IMG/VR virus record: IMGVR_UViG_2934748790_000001
Location: 44,058 to 108,057 of that record
DNA from: a virus
Taxonomy: Duplodnaviria > Caudoviricetes
DNA length: 64,000 bases
Reading direction: 5' to 3' (one strand)
Position 1 is the first letter of the stretch; every line of letters starts with the position of its first letter. The notes beneath the pieces are model-generated. The model saw nothing but the letters and a program-made list of their open reading frames with translations, did not search any database and was not told where the DNA came from. This document shows, in pieces, positions 47,420 to 56,038 of this stretch. Position numbers and translations under genes: made by a program.

Positions 47420-47883
47420 GCGCTGCCGACGCCATGTGGGACCACCTGGACAGCATCGGCTTCGACAAGGAAGAGAAGCCCGACGGTTTCCTCCCTCAAC
47501 TCCCCGCAGACATCACCGGCTTGGACGACCGGCAGCTCATGGCGCTCTACGGCGAGTACGTCTCGTGGACCGCGTACGCGGCCATGCGCCTGGTGGAGGC
47601 CCGCGCCAACGTGCGCGCGGCTAAGCAGTGCCTGGACGTCTCCTCAGCCCGCGCCGCTCTCGCTGCGTCGACCGAGAAGACGGTGGCCGGCCGCAAGGCC
47701 GCCGCCGCCGCCGACCACCAGGTCCAGGAGGACGAGATGCGGTACCTCACCGCGCAGTCGCTGGCCGAGGCCCTCGACATGGTGCACAAGAACTCGGAGG
47801 CACGAGCCCAGTTCTGTAGCCGTGACCTCTCCCGCAGACAGAACTCCCCCGCCGACAACCGCTACAGCAAGTGGGGGGTCTGA
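47416..47883 (+). CDS. Hypothetical coiled-coil protein
   Basis: AAGGAG RBS; GTGA overlap. Confidence 0.7.
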   Translation: MSAADAMWDHLDSIGFDKEEKPDGFLPQLPADITGLDDRQLMALYGEYVSWTAYAAMRLVEARANVRAAKQCLDVSSARAALAASTEKTVAGRKAAAAADHQVQEDEMRYLTAQSLAEALDMVHKNSEARAQFCSRDLSRRQNSPADNRYSKWGV

Positions 47884-48461
47884 TGCCTCGCATCGCCATC
47901 GGTATCGACCAGTCCTACAGCGGCTGTGCCGTCGTCCACTACAACGCGAGCACCGGCGCAGCGGAGGAGACCGTTTTCGACTTCTCCCCCAAGGCCGTCG
48001 GCTCCGGCATGCAGCGCATCCAGCACGTTCACCAGACACTCTTCGTGCATTTCGAGCGGCACAGCGTTCTCGGACAGACCACGCACATCTGCTACGAGGG
48101 CTACGCCTACGGCGCCCGCTACCGACGGGAGGAGCTGGGCGAGCTGGGCGCCGCGATGAAAATGGCCTTGGCCGAGGTGTTCCCCGAGCACGTCGAGCGC
48201 CGCATCCACGCGGTCGCCCCGGCCACGGTCAAGAAGTTCGTCACCGGCTCGGGACAGGCCGACAAGGACAAGATGATGCTGGCGGTCTACATGCGCTGGA
48301 AGTACGAGGCCAGCAGCCACGACGCGGCGGATGCCTACGCCCTCGCCCGCATCGCCGACGCCCTGGCCACCCCGGAGCCACCTGAGCTGAGATACCAGCA
48401 GGAAGTGCTCGCCACGATCCGCAACCCGCCGAAGAAGACCCGCACGAAAGCGGCGGCATAA
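47883..48461 (+). CDS. RuvC-like resolvase
   Basis: IGIDQS, YEGYAY, P.TVKKFVTG.G.A.K, ADAY. Confidence 0.85.
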   Translation: MPRIAIGIDQSYSGCAVVHYNASTGAAEETVFDFSPKAVGSGMQRIQHVHQTLFVHFERHSVLGQTTHICYEGYAYGARYRREELGELGAAMKMALAEVFPEHVERRIHAVAPATVKKFVTGSGQADKDKMMLAVYMRWKYEASSHDAADAYALARIADALATPEPPELRYQQEVLATIRNPPKKTRTKAAA

Positions 48462-48523
48462 CAGCCGATAATTGTCCGGCCATACGCTCCCTGCATCAGT
48501 TCAAATGCAGGGAGCTAATTGTC

Positions 48524-48811
48524 GTGCAGACTCAGACCACAGACGTGCCCGAGAAGGAGTTCCGCGTCAAGAGTGTGACGCCACCTCCCGAACTGGGATC
48601 TGCTATCGCCCATGCCGTGAAGTCCGGCCACCAGGTAGTCCTCAAGGCAGTGGGTGCCGGCGCCATCAATCAAGCGGTGAAAGCAATCCCGATCGCCCAG
48701 TCCTTCGTGAGCAGCTTCGGAACCCGGCTCACCGAGGAGATCACCTTCTTCCGCAGCAAGACCCCGGAAGGAGAGATCCTCGGCATTGCAATCCGCGTCA
48801 TGGGCTCGTGA
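48524..48811 (+). CDS. spoVS: SpoVS-like protein
   Basis: AVGAGAINQAVKAIPIAQSFV matches the SpoVS signature as recalled (AIGAGALNQAVKAVAIARGFV). Confidence 0.85.
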   Translation: MQTQTTDVPEKEFRVKSVTPPPELGSAIAHAVKSGHQVVLKAVGAGAINQAVKAIPIAQSFVSSFGTRLTEEITFFRSKTPEGEILGIAIRVMGS

Positions 48812-48930
48812 AATATCGGAAGAAAACCGGGGAGCCCTAAACTCCCCCCAGCAGGCCCACCCGTTTCCTGACTCGTACATGGATCACGTTCTGACTCCCG
48901 AGGGCCGACCAGCGCCGCGCGGAGGAAGAC

Positions 48931-49308
48931 ATGAGCACCCACTGGACGCCCCCGAACCGGGGCAAGACCTCGACGTCGACCGGCTCCCTGAGCGCCGGTC
49001 AGTTCCCCGTCATGGGCGATGAGCTGCACAACGTGCGCTGGATTCGCCCCCAGACCGGGCAGACCGCCAGCCGCTCGGGAATGTCGAAGTCCGGCGGCAA
49101 CGAGACCGGCTCCGCCGCCGCCCACCGCTCCCAGCGCCTGGCCTCGACCGCCGACACCTATGGGCCCACCGGCGTCACCCGCATCAAGCGGGCGCTTCAC
49201 GGCCCCGGCTGCCCCGACTGCGCCACCACCAGCCGCTACCGCATGCCGTCCGCGTTCGGCGACCAGGACAACTTCCGCGCCGGCGCCGACACAGGCAAGA
49301 AGGGCTGA
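48931..49308 (+). CDS. Hypothetical protein
   Basis: GGAGG RBS. Confidence 0.65.
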   Translation: MSTHWTPPNRGKTSTSTGSLSAGQFPVMGDELHNVRWIRPQTGQTASRSGMSKSGGNETGSAAAHRSQRLASTADTYGPTGVTRIKRALHGPGCPDCATTSRYRMPSAFGDQDNFRAGADTGKKG

Positions 49309-49310
49309 CC

Positions 49311-49595
49311 ATGCTGCCCGCCATCGCCGGCCTCGCCGCCCGAGCGGGACTGTCGACCCTCGGCAGGGGCGCGGCCACCACCTCGGCACGCACCTCCGTA
49401 CAGGCTGCCGCCAGCAGCGGAAGCATCAGCGCGGGGACGACCACCGCCGCCACCGGCAGTCGCATGCTGTCGGCCGCACAGTTCGGCACGTCCGCGTACA
49501 ACTCCGTGCGAGGCGACCGCAGCGTCACCCAGACCGCGCCTCCGGCAGGCACGGCGCCCGCCGCAGGAGACGGACTGGGGTGGGCTCGCGCATGA
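49311..49595 (+). CDS. Hypothetical Ala-rich protein
   Basis: Packed in operon. Confidence 0.55.
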   Translation: MLPAIAGLAARAGLSTLGRGAATTSARTSVQAAASSGSISAGTTTAATGSRMLSAAQFGTSAYNSVRGDRSVTQTAPPAGTAPAAGDGLGWARA

Positions 49596-49783
49596 GCACC
49601 GCCGTCACCTCACCCAGCCCGCCCGCGCCCAGCTCGCTGCGCACCACAGGCTCCGCCGGCCGGGGCTCCCTCGCCCCGGCCCCGGCCGCCACGATGCCCG
49701 GCCAGGCGCCTGCCGTGGACACCGGCAGCGCACGCGAGGGCGCACGCAACGAATTCCGACACGGACTCTCCAGCGGGAGGTGA
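49592..49783 (+). CDS. Hypothetical protein
   Basis: ATGA overlap. Confidence 0.5.
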   Translation: MSTAVTSPSPPAPSSLRTTGSAGRGSLAPAPAATMPGQAPAVDTGSAREGARNEFRHGLSSGR

Positions 49784-49789
49784 ACCACG

Positions 49790-50545
49790 ATGGACTTCAA
49801 CACCGACCAGTTTCGTCAGCCCGCCTTCCGGGGGTTCGGCGACCAGGCCATGCGCCGCCACCGGGTCACCCCGGCTGCCCCGCAGCCCGCACCGGTCACC
49901 CCGCAGGCACCCTCCACAGGCCATCAGGAGTCGCTGTTCCAGGCGGCCGAAGTCCGGGGCCAGACTCCGCCTCCCACTTTCAACCCCGCCCAGTTCCGCC
50001 GTGCGCAGTACGCGCTGCCCGGCATGAGCAACGCCGCCGTGCGCAGTCAGCGCACCACTCCCGCACCTGCTGCCCCGGCCGCGCCGTCGGCGACGTCCGG
50101 ACCTGGCTGGTCGCAGCCCCAGATCAGCAGGCTCGGCCCCTCCCCCAGCTCACCGAGTGCTCCCGGCGCCGCTGGCCCCGCCCCTACGCGCTGGCCCTCG
50201 CCGACACCTGCACCCTCCACTCCCGCCCCGGCAGGTCCCGGCCGGACGGTAACGATCAACGCAGCCGCCTACCGCAACGCCGGTCCCTCCCGGCCGGCTG
50301 CGCCCGCCGCAGGCCCCGCACCGACCCGCGCGCCCGCCACACCGCCGAGGCCCTCGACGGCGCCCGCCGCAGGCCCCGGCCCGGCCGCCCGCCCGCCCGG
50401 CCGTGGCAGCCGTGCCCTGCCCCTCGTCGGCACGGCCGTCACGCTCGCCGGCCGATCGCTGCAAGGCATCACCAAGATCGCGACCGATCCGAAGCGGTCC
50501 GGTAATCCCCTCTACAAGACGAGCCGGGGGTGGAACAAGGCATGA
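49790..50545 (+). CDS. Hypothetical Pro/Ala-rich protein
   Basis: GGAGG RBS. Confidence 0.65.
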   Translation: MDFNTDQFRQPAFRGFGDQAMRRHRVTPAAPQPAPVTPQAPSTGHQESLFQAAEVRGQTPPPTFNPAQFRRAQYALPGMSNAAVRSQRTTPAPAAPAAPSATSGPGWSQPQISRLGPSPSSPSAPGAAGPAPTRWPSPTPAPSTPAPAGPGRTVTINAAAYRNAGPSRPAAPAAGPAPTRAPATPPRPSTAPAAGPGPAARPPGRGSRALPLVGTAVTLAGRSLQGITKIATDPKRSGNPLYKTSRGWNKA

Positions 50546-51111
50546 GCTATCCCAACCGTGCGGGTGCGAACAGCAACGTGATGTACAACCCGCCCTATCA
50601 GGCGCCTGTTGGCGGGGCGATGACGTACACCGGCGGCTCCGGCGGCACCCTCATGTCCGGAGCCCGCGACATCCTCGACGCTCGCCGCCTCATGGACACC
50701 GGGCATGTCCCCAGCGCCCAGTATCCCGACGGCTACCTGGGCACCATCGGCGCCGGCACCCGCCGCCAGGACCGCCTCCTCAACCACATCGGGAACCGCG
50801 CCACCCAGCGGTCCTACGAGCGCGGCGTCCACAAGGGCGAGCGGATCGACCCCGCCGACTACTACTGGACCGACGACGTCCACCCGTTCGCCGGCCTCCA
50901 GGCCCAGGCACGCGGCGAACGGTGGACCCAGCGCGGCTCCATGATCGGCAGCCCCCTCGTCAACGACGGCAAGAGCGAAACGCTGGTGTCCACCCAGGCG
51001 CGCTTTGCCACTGCCCAGCGGATCTACACCCAGGAGGTCACGCCGGCCTTCACCGCCGTCAACGAGCAGCGAAGGCAGCAGCTCCAGCGCCTGCGGCCTG
51101 CGTGGAGGTGA
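50542..51111 (+). CDS. Hypothetical phage protein
   Basis: YPDGYLGT and RGVHKGERID motifs; ATGA overlap. Confidence 0.75.
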   Translation: MSYPNRAGANSNVMYNPPYQAPVGGAMTYTGGSGGTLMSGARDILDARRLMDTGHVPSAQYPDGYLGTIGAGTRRQDRLLNHIGNRATQRSYERGVHKGERIDPADYYWTDDVHPFAGLQAQARGERWTQRGSMIGSPLVNDGKSETLVSTQARFATAQRIYTQEVTPAFTAVNEQRRQQLQRLRPAWR

Positions 51112-51116
51112 GCAGC

Positions 51117-51410
51117 ATGTTGCACCAGGACTCCATATACGTCCGACGCCCGTGGGCCTCGCTCCAGGAACAGCAGGTCACCAACTACCTGCGCGAGTGG
51201 ACCGACATCCCGGCGGACACGGCACGCCAGATGAAACCGCCCATTCCGAATATCGGCCGGACTCCCCCGCGTTTCGGATACCGGCAGCACATTCCCGGGA
51301 TCGATGACATCGCCCGCCTGGACGACGTGTATCCCGGCAGCCGTGTCGATTACAGCCAGCGCCAGTCCGGCTTTTCCGCCACCTCGTACCCCGCTCTGGG
51401 AGTGATGTAA
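51117..51410 (+). CDS. Hypothetical protein
   Basis: GGAGG RBS. Confidence 0.65.
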   Translation: MLHQDSIYVRRPWASLQEQQVTNYLREWTDIPADTARQMKPPIPNIGRTPPRFGYRQHIPGIDDIARLDDVYPGSRVDYSQRQSGFSATSYPALGVM

Positions 51411-51662
51411 ATGCCCAAGGCCACCCGCACCACCGACCGCCGCCGCACCGGCCGAGGCGACAACGTCACCGGAGTCAGCCAGGGAAAGTCGAACCTTCAG
51501 GACCAGCGCACCAAGGGCGCGTACGGGCCGAAGGCTCCGTCGGCGAACTCGGAATTCTCGACGGGTATTTCTGTGGGCCGGACCATGGGCGCCGGTGTGT
51601 CGTCGGGCTCCTCGAAGAAGCGCGCCGCACCGGCCGTGAAGAAGATCGGAGAGAAGAAGTGA
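51411..51662 (+). CDS. Hypothetical basic protein
   Basis: Abuts previous gene. Confidence 0.6.
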   Translation: MPKATRTTDRRRTGRGDNVTGVSQGKSNLQDQRTKGAYGPKAPSANSEFSTGISVGRTMGAGVSSGSSKKRAAPAVKKIGEKK

Positions 51663-51762
51663 CCCTGCTCCTCTCCCGGTTGATGGACGCCCTTCGCCGA
51701 CTCCGGGGAAAGGCTGCCCGCATTCGCGTCGACCGGCACGCACGCCGCACGAAGGAGTCCCC

Positions 51763-52011
51763 ATGAGCTACGCGACCAGCCGCCCGCTCGGTGGCGAGAT
51801 GACCGAGGGCCTGACCGACGGGGGCTACAAGAAGATCAACCGCGACCGGGGCGGCTCCGTCGACCCGGCCACCTACGCCGCCCGCGCCCAGCTCAACGAC
51901 ATCACCTACGGCCTGCACGAAGCGAACACCAAGGCTCGGCCCGACGGACCGGTAGTCCGCACTCCGGGCTATGTGCCCAACCCGCCCGCTCACCTCTACC
52001 TCGGGATGTGA
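51763..52011 (+). CDS. Hypothetical protein
   Basis: AAGGAG RBS. Confidence 0.65.
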   Translation: MSYATSRPLGGEMTEGLTDGGYKKINRDRGGSVDPATYAARAQLNDITYGLHEANTKARPDGPVVRTPGYVPNPPAHLYLGM

Positions 52012-52012
52012 C

Positions 52013-52417
52013 GTGAGGACCGACTACGACGGACTCATCTATCCGCCGGCATTCACGAAGAAGATTCTCGGCATCGGACTGGGTGTGTTCACCGCCGCTG
52101 CCTCGCTGCAAAAGGCTCTCGGCAGCACACCCTTCTCCGTGGTCGACGCATCGGGTGACACCCCGGCGTACTACATCGCACTGGTGTATACCACGCTCGG
52201 AGTTGTGCTGGGTGTCACCGCTGCGCTCTATTCCATCAGGACGTCCAGCCTCCGCCTGATGGGGTACCTCGCGGCGTATCTGCTGGCATTTGCCGCGATC
52301 TCACTGTTCAACTCTCCGGCCACCGTGTGGATGCAACTCGCCAACGTCATTAGCTTTATGGGCGTTTCCCTGGCTGCGTTCTCCGCATGGCTGCGGTACC
52401 TGCGGGAGGGCACATGA
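52013..52417 (+). CDS. Multi-pass (about 4 TM) membrane protein, paralog A
   Basis: Hydrophobic segments; similar to 52550..52975. Confidence 0.7.
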   Translation: MRTDYDGLIYPPAFTKKILGIGLGVFTAAASLQKALGSTPFSVVDASGDTPAYYIALVYTTLGVVLGVTAALYSIRTSSLRLMGYLAAYLLAFAAISLFNSPATVWMQLANVISFMGVSLAAFSAWLRYLREGT

Positions 52418-52587
52418 CGATGTCCGACGTCGCCGCGCAGATCGTCAGCATTTTCGTCAGCGCACTCGGCCTCGTCATCTTCCGGCTCATCGCGAAATAC
52501 CTCCCGGAGGACCCCGACCCGGTCCCCCGCACTCGCAGAAGGCACCCCCATGACGACACCAGCAGCGAAGACGATCGCACTCTCTGA
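52414..52587 (+). CDS. Single-TM peptide, paralog A
   Basis: SDVAAQIVSIFVSALGLVI; GGAGG RBS. Confidence 0.65.
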   Translation: MTMSDVAAQIVSIFVSALGLVIFRLIAKYLPEDPDPVPRTRRRHPHDDTSSEDDRTL

Positions 52588-52975
52588 CCGCAGCCACTGG
52601 GAACCGACCCACATCCTGGGCATCGGCCTTTCGGTCTACATCATCTCCCTGGCCCTGTACCGGGGCATGGGCCGCGAAGGAGCCCTCTCGATCACCGCCA
52701 CCCACGGCGCCGCACAGTTCATCGCCATCGGACTCGCGGTGACAGGCGTATGCCTCGGCCTCACCGCCATGGCCTACGTCGTCATCCGCGACAGCCTGCG
52801 GCCCATGGTCTACATCGCCGCCTACATCCTGATCTTCGCCACCATGGCGCTCCTGCGGGTCGAGACCTCTTTCGCCGCCAACTTCTCCAACGCCCTGCGC
52901 TATCTGGCGGTCGCCGCCGTGGCCGCCGGCGCGTGGCTCTACGAGGTGAGGGAGGCCAGCCGTGCACACCAGTGA
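52550..52975 (+). CDS. Multi-pass (about 4 TM) membrane protein, paralog B
   Basis: ILGIGL and SLR.M.Y.AAY shared with paralog A. Confidence 0.7.
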   Translation: MTTPAAKTIALSDRSHWEPTHILGIGLSVYIISLALYRGMGREGALSITATHGAAQFIAIGLAVTGVCLGLTAMAYVVIRDSLRPMVYIAAYILIFATMALLRVETSFAANFSNALRYLAVAAVAAGAWLYEVREASRAHQ

Positions 52976-53108
52976 CCTCGTCGCGCAGGTGGCCTCCATC
53001 GTCGTCGCCGCCATCGGCATGGTCATCGCATGGCTCAGCACCCGGCACCACCCATGCCCCTGCGACCCCCCTCCCTCCCCGCCCCCAGACGCAGAAAGGC
53101 CCTCTTGA
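52962..53108 (+). CDS. Single-TM peptide, paralog B (48 aa, absent from ORF track)
   Basis: GGAGG RBS, GTG start; MHTSDLVAQVASIVVAAIGMVIAWLS; TGATG overlap with FN3 gene. Confidence 0.65.
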   Translation: MHTSDLVAQVASIVVAAIGMVIAWLSTRHHPCPCDPPPSPPPDAERPS

Positions 53109-54613
53109 TGGCGAACGAGCGATGGAACCTCAACACCACCAGCGACCTCACAGCCGAGCCCGGCACTCCGGTCGGTCTCGTCAACCAGCCCCGGAACGCA
53201 GCCCAGCGCCTCACCGACCGGCCCTCCGACTACGGCGAGCAGGTCGTCCCGCCCAAGCCTCTGTGGTACCTCGACAAGGCTGGCCAGCCCCACTCCCTCG
53301 GCGTCACCGAGCCGCACCAGTTCCTGCTGTTCTGGCGCTCCAACGTGGGCGACATGGCCGCCGACCTCGACGACAGCTACTACATGGGCGTCACCGGCCT
53401 CCAGGGCGTCGGCGTGGCCGGGCACCGAGTCACCATCAACGCCACCGGTGAAGTGCTCCAGCCCGGCGGGGAGTCCTCGGCCACCATCAGCGGGTTCTGG
53501 GACAAGAGCGACCCCGAAGACCCGGTATGGACCCCTATCGAGCCGGAGACCGAGTACACCGTCACCGTCGCCGCGCACAACCAGTCGGGCGAGTTCGGAC
53601 CGGAGAGCGACGCACTGACCCTCACCACGCCCGCCGTCGGCTACGACAACCAGCAGCTCACGCTGCCGCCCCGCCCGCCCAACGACGTCGACTTCGCCGC
53701 CCCCCTTCCGGTCATCACCACCTCGGGCGGCGGCGGAATCCAGCTTCGTTGGACGACCGTCCCCAACGTCACCAAGTACGAGATTTTCGACAACCCCACC
53801 CCAGGGACCACCGACGGCATGGACGCCTCCCGGCCCGGCCTCAACAGCCGAGACGTCAAGCTCGGCGAGGTCAACCAGCCCTCGGCCGGCACGCCCACCG
53901 TCACCTTCACCACCCCCGCCTACACGACACCCCGACGACGGTTCGCGCTGAAGGTCCGCGCCGTACGCACCAACTCCTACGGCACCGCGTACAGCGAGTT
54001 CTCCACCTCGCTGCGCGGCGCTCTGCCGGCCTCCACCGTCGCCCCCGGTACACCCGGCACCCCGACCCTGACCGTGTCCCCGGTCGTCGGCGGCCAGGTG
54101 AAGCTCACCATCAGCCCCCCGACGATCAACGCGTCCAACGGGGCGCCGGAGTATTACGCGGTCTACGACGGCACCCGCCAAGTCGCCGTGGTCAACTCCC
54201 CCCTTGGCGCGGCCCCTCACGTCACGCTCCAGTACGCCGCCGCGCAGACCTACTCCTTCACCGTGGCCGCAGGCAACAGCGTCGGCGTCAGCAACCCCTC
54301 CAGCGCGCTCACGGGCACCGTGCCCACCCCGGCCGCCCCGGGCGCACCCACCGCAGTCGCCGTCACGAACGTCACCACCACCGGCCTGACCGTCAACTGG
54401 ACCGCGCCCGCCAGCGCGAATCCGCCGGTGACCTCCTACCGGGTCTACGACGGCTCGACCGTCAAGGCGACGGTCGCCGCACCCGCCACCACCACCAACC
54501 TGACCGGCTACAGCCCGCAGACCGCGTACTCCATCCAGGTCGCCGCCGTGAACAGCACCGGTGAAGGCTCGAAGTCCTCCCCGGCCGTCACCGGCACCAC
54601 CCCCGCCACGTAA
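53108..54613 (+). CDS. Multi-fibronectin type III domain protein (probable virion decoration)
   Basis: Repeated W/Y..Y.V.V.A.N..G.S/G FN3 motifs; no obvious signal peptide. Confidence 0.85.
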   Translation: MANERWNLNTTSDLTAEPGTPVGLVNQPRNAAQRLTDRPSDYGEQVVPPKPLWYLDKAGQPHSLGVTEPHQFLLFWRSNVGDMAADLDDSYYMGVTGLQGVGVAGHRVTINATGEVLQPGGESSATISGFWDKSDPEDPVWTPIEPETEYTVTVAAHNQSGEFGPESDALTLTTPAVGYDNQQLTLPPRPPNDVDFAAPLPVITTSGGGGIQLRWTTVPNVTKYEIFDNPTPGTTDGMDASRPGLNSRDVKLGEVNQPSAGTPTVTFTTPAYTTPRRRFALKVRAVRTNSYGTAYSEFSTSLRGALPASTVAPGTPGTPTLTVSPVVGGQVKLTISPPTINASNGAPEYYAVYDGTRQVAVVNSPLGAAPHVTLQYAAAQTYSFTVAAGNSVGVSNPSSALTGTVPTPAAPGAPTAVAVTNVTTTGLTVNWTAPASANPPVTSYRVYDGSTVKATVAAPATTTNLTGYSPQTAYSIQVAAVNSTGEGSKSSPAVTGTTPAT

Positions 54614-54627
54614 GGAGGTAGCAGACA

Positions 54628-54930
54628 GTGCCCTCGCCCACCCCTGGCCGCACCGTCCTTTACCGGCTCAGCAACCACGACGCCCAGGTCATCAACCAGC
54701 GCCGAGCCGACTACGCCACCAGCACCAAGTCGACGCGCACCGGGTTCATCGGCCACGTCGGCAACGAAGCCGTCGAAGGCGCCATCTATCCGGCTGTCAT
54801 CGTCCGCGTCTGGGACCACGAACCCGCCGTCAATCTGGCCGTCCATCTGGACGGCAACGACACCTACTGGGCCACCTCCCGCCGCGAAGGCGACGACGTC
54901 GGCCAGTGGGCATGGCCGGAGGTGAAGTAG
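54628..54930 (+). CDS. Hypothetical phage protein
   Basis: AAGGAGG RBS; PAVIVRVW..VNL.V.LDG motif. Confidence 0.75.
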   Translation: MPSPTPGRTVLYRLSNHDAQVINQRRADYATSTKSTRTGFIGHVGNEAVEGAIYPAVIVRVWDHEPAVNLAVHLDGNDTYWATSRREGDDVGQWAWPEVK

Positions 54931-55670
54931 TGGCAACTCCACTCACTGCTAACCCCCTTGTAGCGGCACTTCGTGCCGAGGGAATCACCGTCGTCGAAGT
55001 CGGCTCCTGGCGCACGCACAACCGCAACTCGGCCGGAAAGTGGGGGCCGGTCAACGGCATCCTCATCCACCACACCGTCACCAAGGGCACGCAGAACACG
55101 GTCAACATCTGCCGCACCGGCTATTCGGGACTGCCCGGCCCGCTGTGCCACGGAGTCATCGGCAAGGACGGCGTGGTCTACCTCGTCGGCCTGGGCCGAG
55201 CCAACCACGCCGGCGGTGGCGACCCCGTCGTCCTCAACCAGGTCATCGCGGAAAACTACGGGACTGCGCCGACGAAGCCCACCAAAGGCAACAAGACCGG
55301 TGTGGACGGCAATTCGAGGTTCTACGGTTTCGAGTGCGAAAACCTCGGCGACGGAAAAGACCCCTGGCCCACGAAGCAGATCGAGACCATCGTCCGCGCC
55401 TCCGCAGCCCTCTGCCGTAAACACGGATGGAGCGCCAAGTCGGTCATTGGCCACGCCGAATGGTCCAGCGACAAGGTCGACCCCAGGGGTTTCACCATGC
55501 CCTCCATCCGCGACCGCGTCGCCGAGCGGCTCAAGCACTCGGCAGGCTGGAATCCCACGACGCCCACGCCACCCCCCGTGTCCACCATCGAGACGAGGGT
55601 GACCGCCCTTGAAAAGCTCGTCAAAGCGCAGGGTGCACGCATCGTCGCCCTGGAGAAGAAAGCAGGGTAG
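54930..55670 (+). CDS. Endolysin, N-acetylmuramoyl-L-alanine amidase (Amidase_2)
   Basis: ILIHHT, GRANHAG, GFECEN, VIGH.EW..K.DP. Confidence 0.92.
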   Translation: MATPLTANPLVAALRAEGITVVEVGSWRTHNRNSAGKWGPVNGILIHHTVTKGTQNTVNICRTGYSGLPGPLCHGVIGKDGVVYLVGLGRANHAGGGDPVVLNQVIAENYGTAPTKPTKGNKTGVDGNSRFYGFECENLGDGKDPWPTKQIETIVRASAALCRKHGWSAKSVIGHAEWSSDKVDPRGFTMPSIRDRVAERLKHSAGWNPTTPTPPPVSTIETRVTALEKLVKAQGARIVALEKKAG

Positions 55671-55672
55671 GC

Positions 55673-55945
55673 ATGACCGTCTACGACGTACTGGTCTCAC
55701 TGTGGCGAACCGCCGTTCCCATCGTCGTCGGGTGGGTCGCGGCGCTCCTCGCACACATCTATGTCGACGTCGATGAAGTGGCGCTCTCCCAGGCCCTCGT
55801 CGGCATCTTCGGCGTGCTCTATTACGGCCTCTTCCGCCTCCTGGAAGCCAAGGTGAGCCCCGCCTTCGGCTGGTTCCTCGGCCTGGCCAAGCCGCCCGCC
55901 TACCCCACCCGACCCACCACCCCGATCGGACAGCCCCCCGTTTAG
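55673..55945 (+). CDS. Holin (2 TM)
   Basis: RTAVPIVVGW..YY..RLLE..P..GWFLG; follows endolysin. Confidence 0.75.
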   Translation: MTVYDVLVSLWRTAVPIVVGWVAALLAHIYVDVDEVALSQALVGIFGVLYYGLFRLLEAKVSPAFGWFLGLAKPPAYPTRPTTPIGQPPV

Positions 55946-56038
55946 CGGCTACCCGACACGATTCTGCGGCCCCTAGGGTGACCGACGCCGGACTGCCTGC
56001 GGGAGAGCCGGGGTCACATCCCCTGTGAAAGGCCCTCC

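Noticed and set aside
55946-56038. c-di-AMP (ydaO) riboswitch upstream of the transglycosylase
   Set aside because: The region is too short and I could not see the conserved riboswitch motifs
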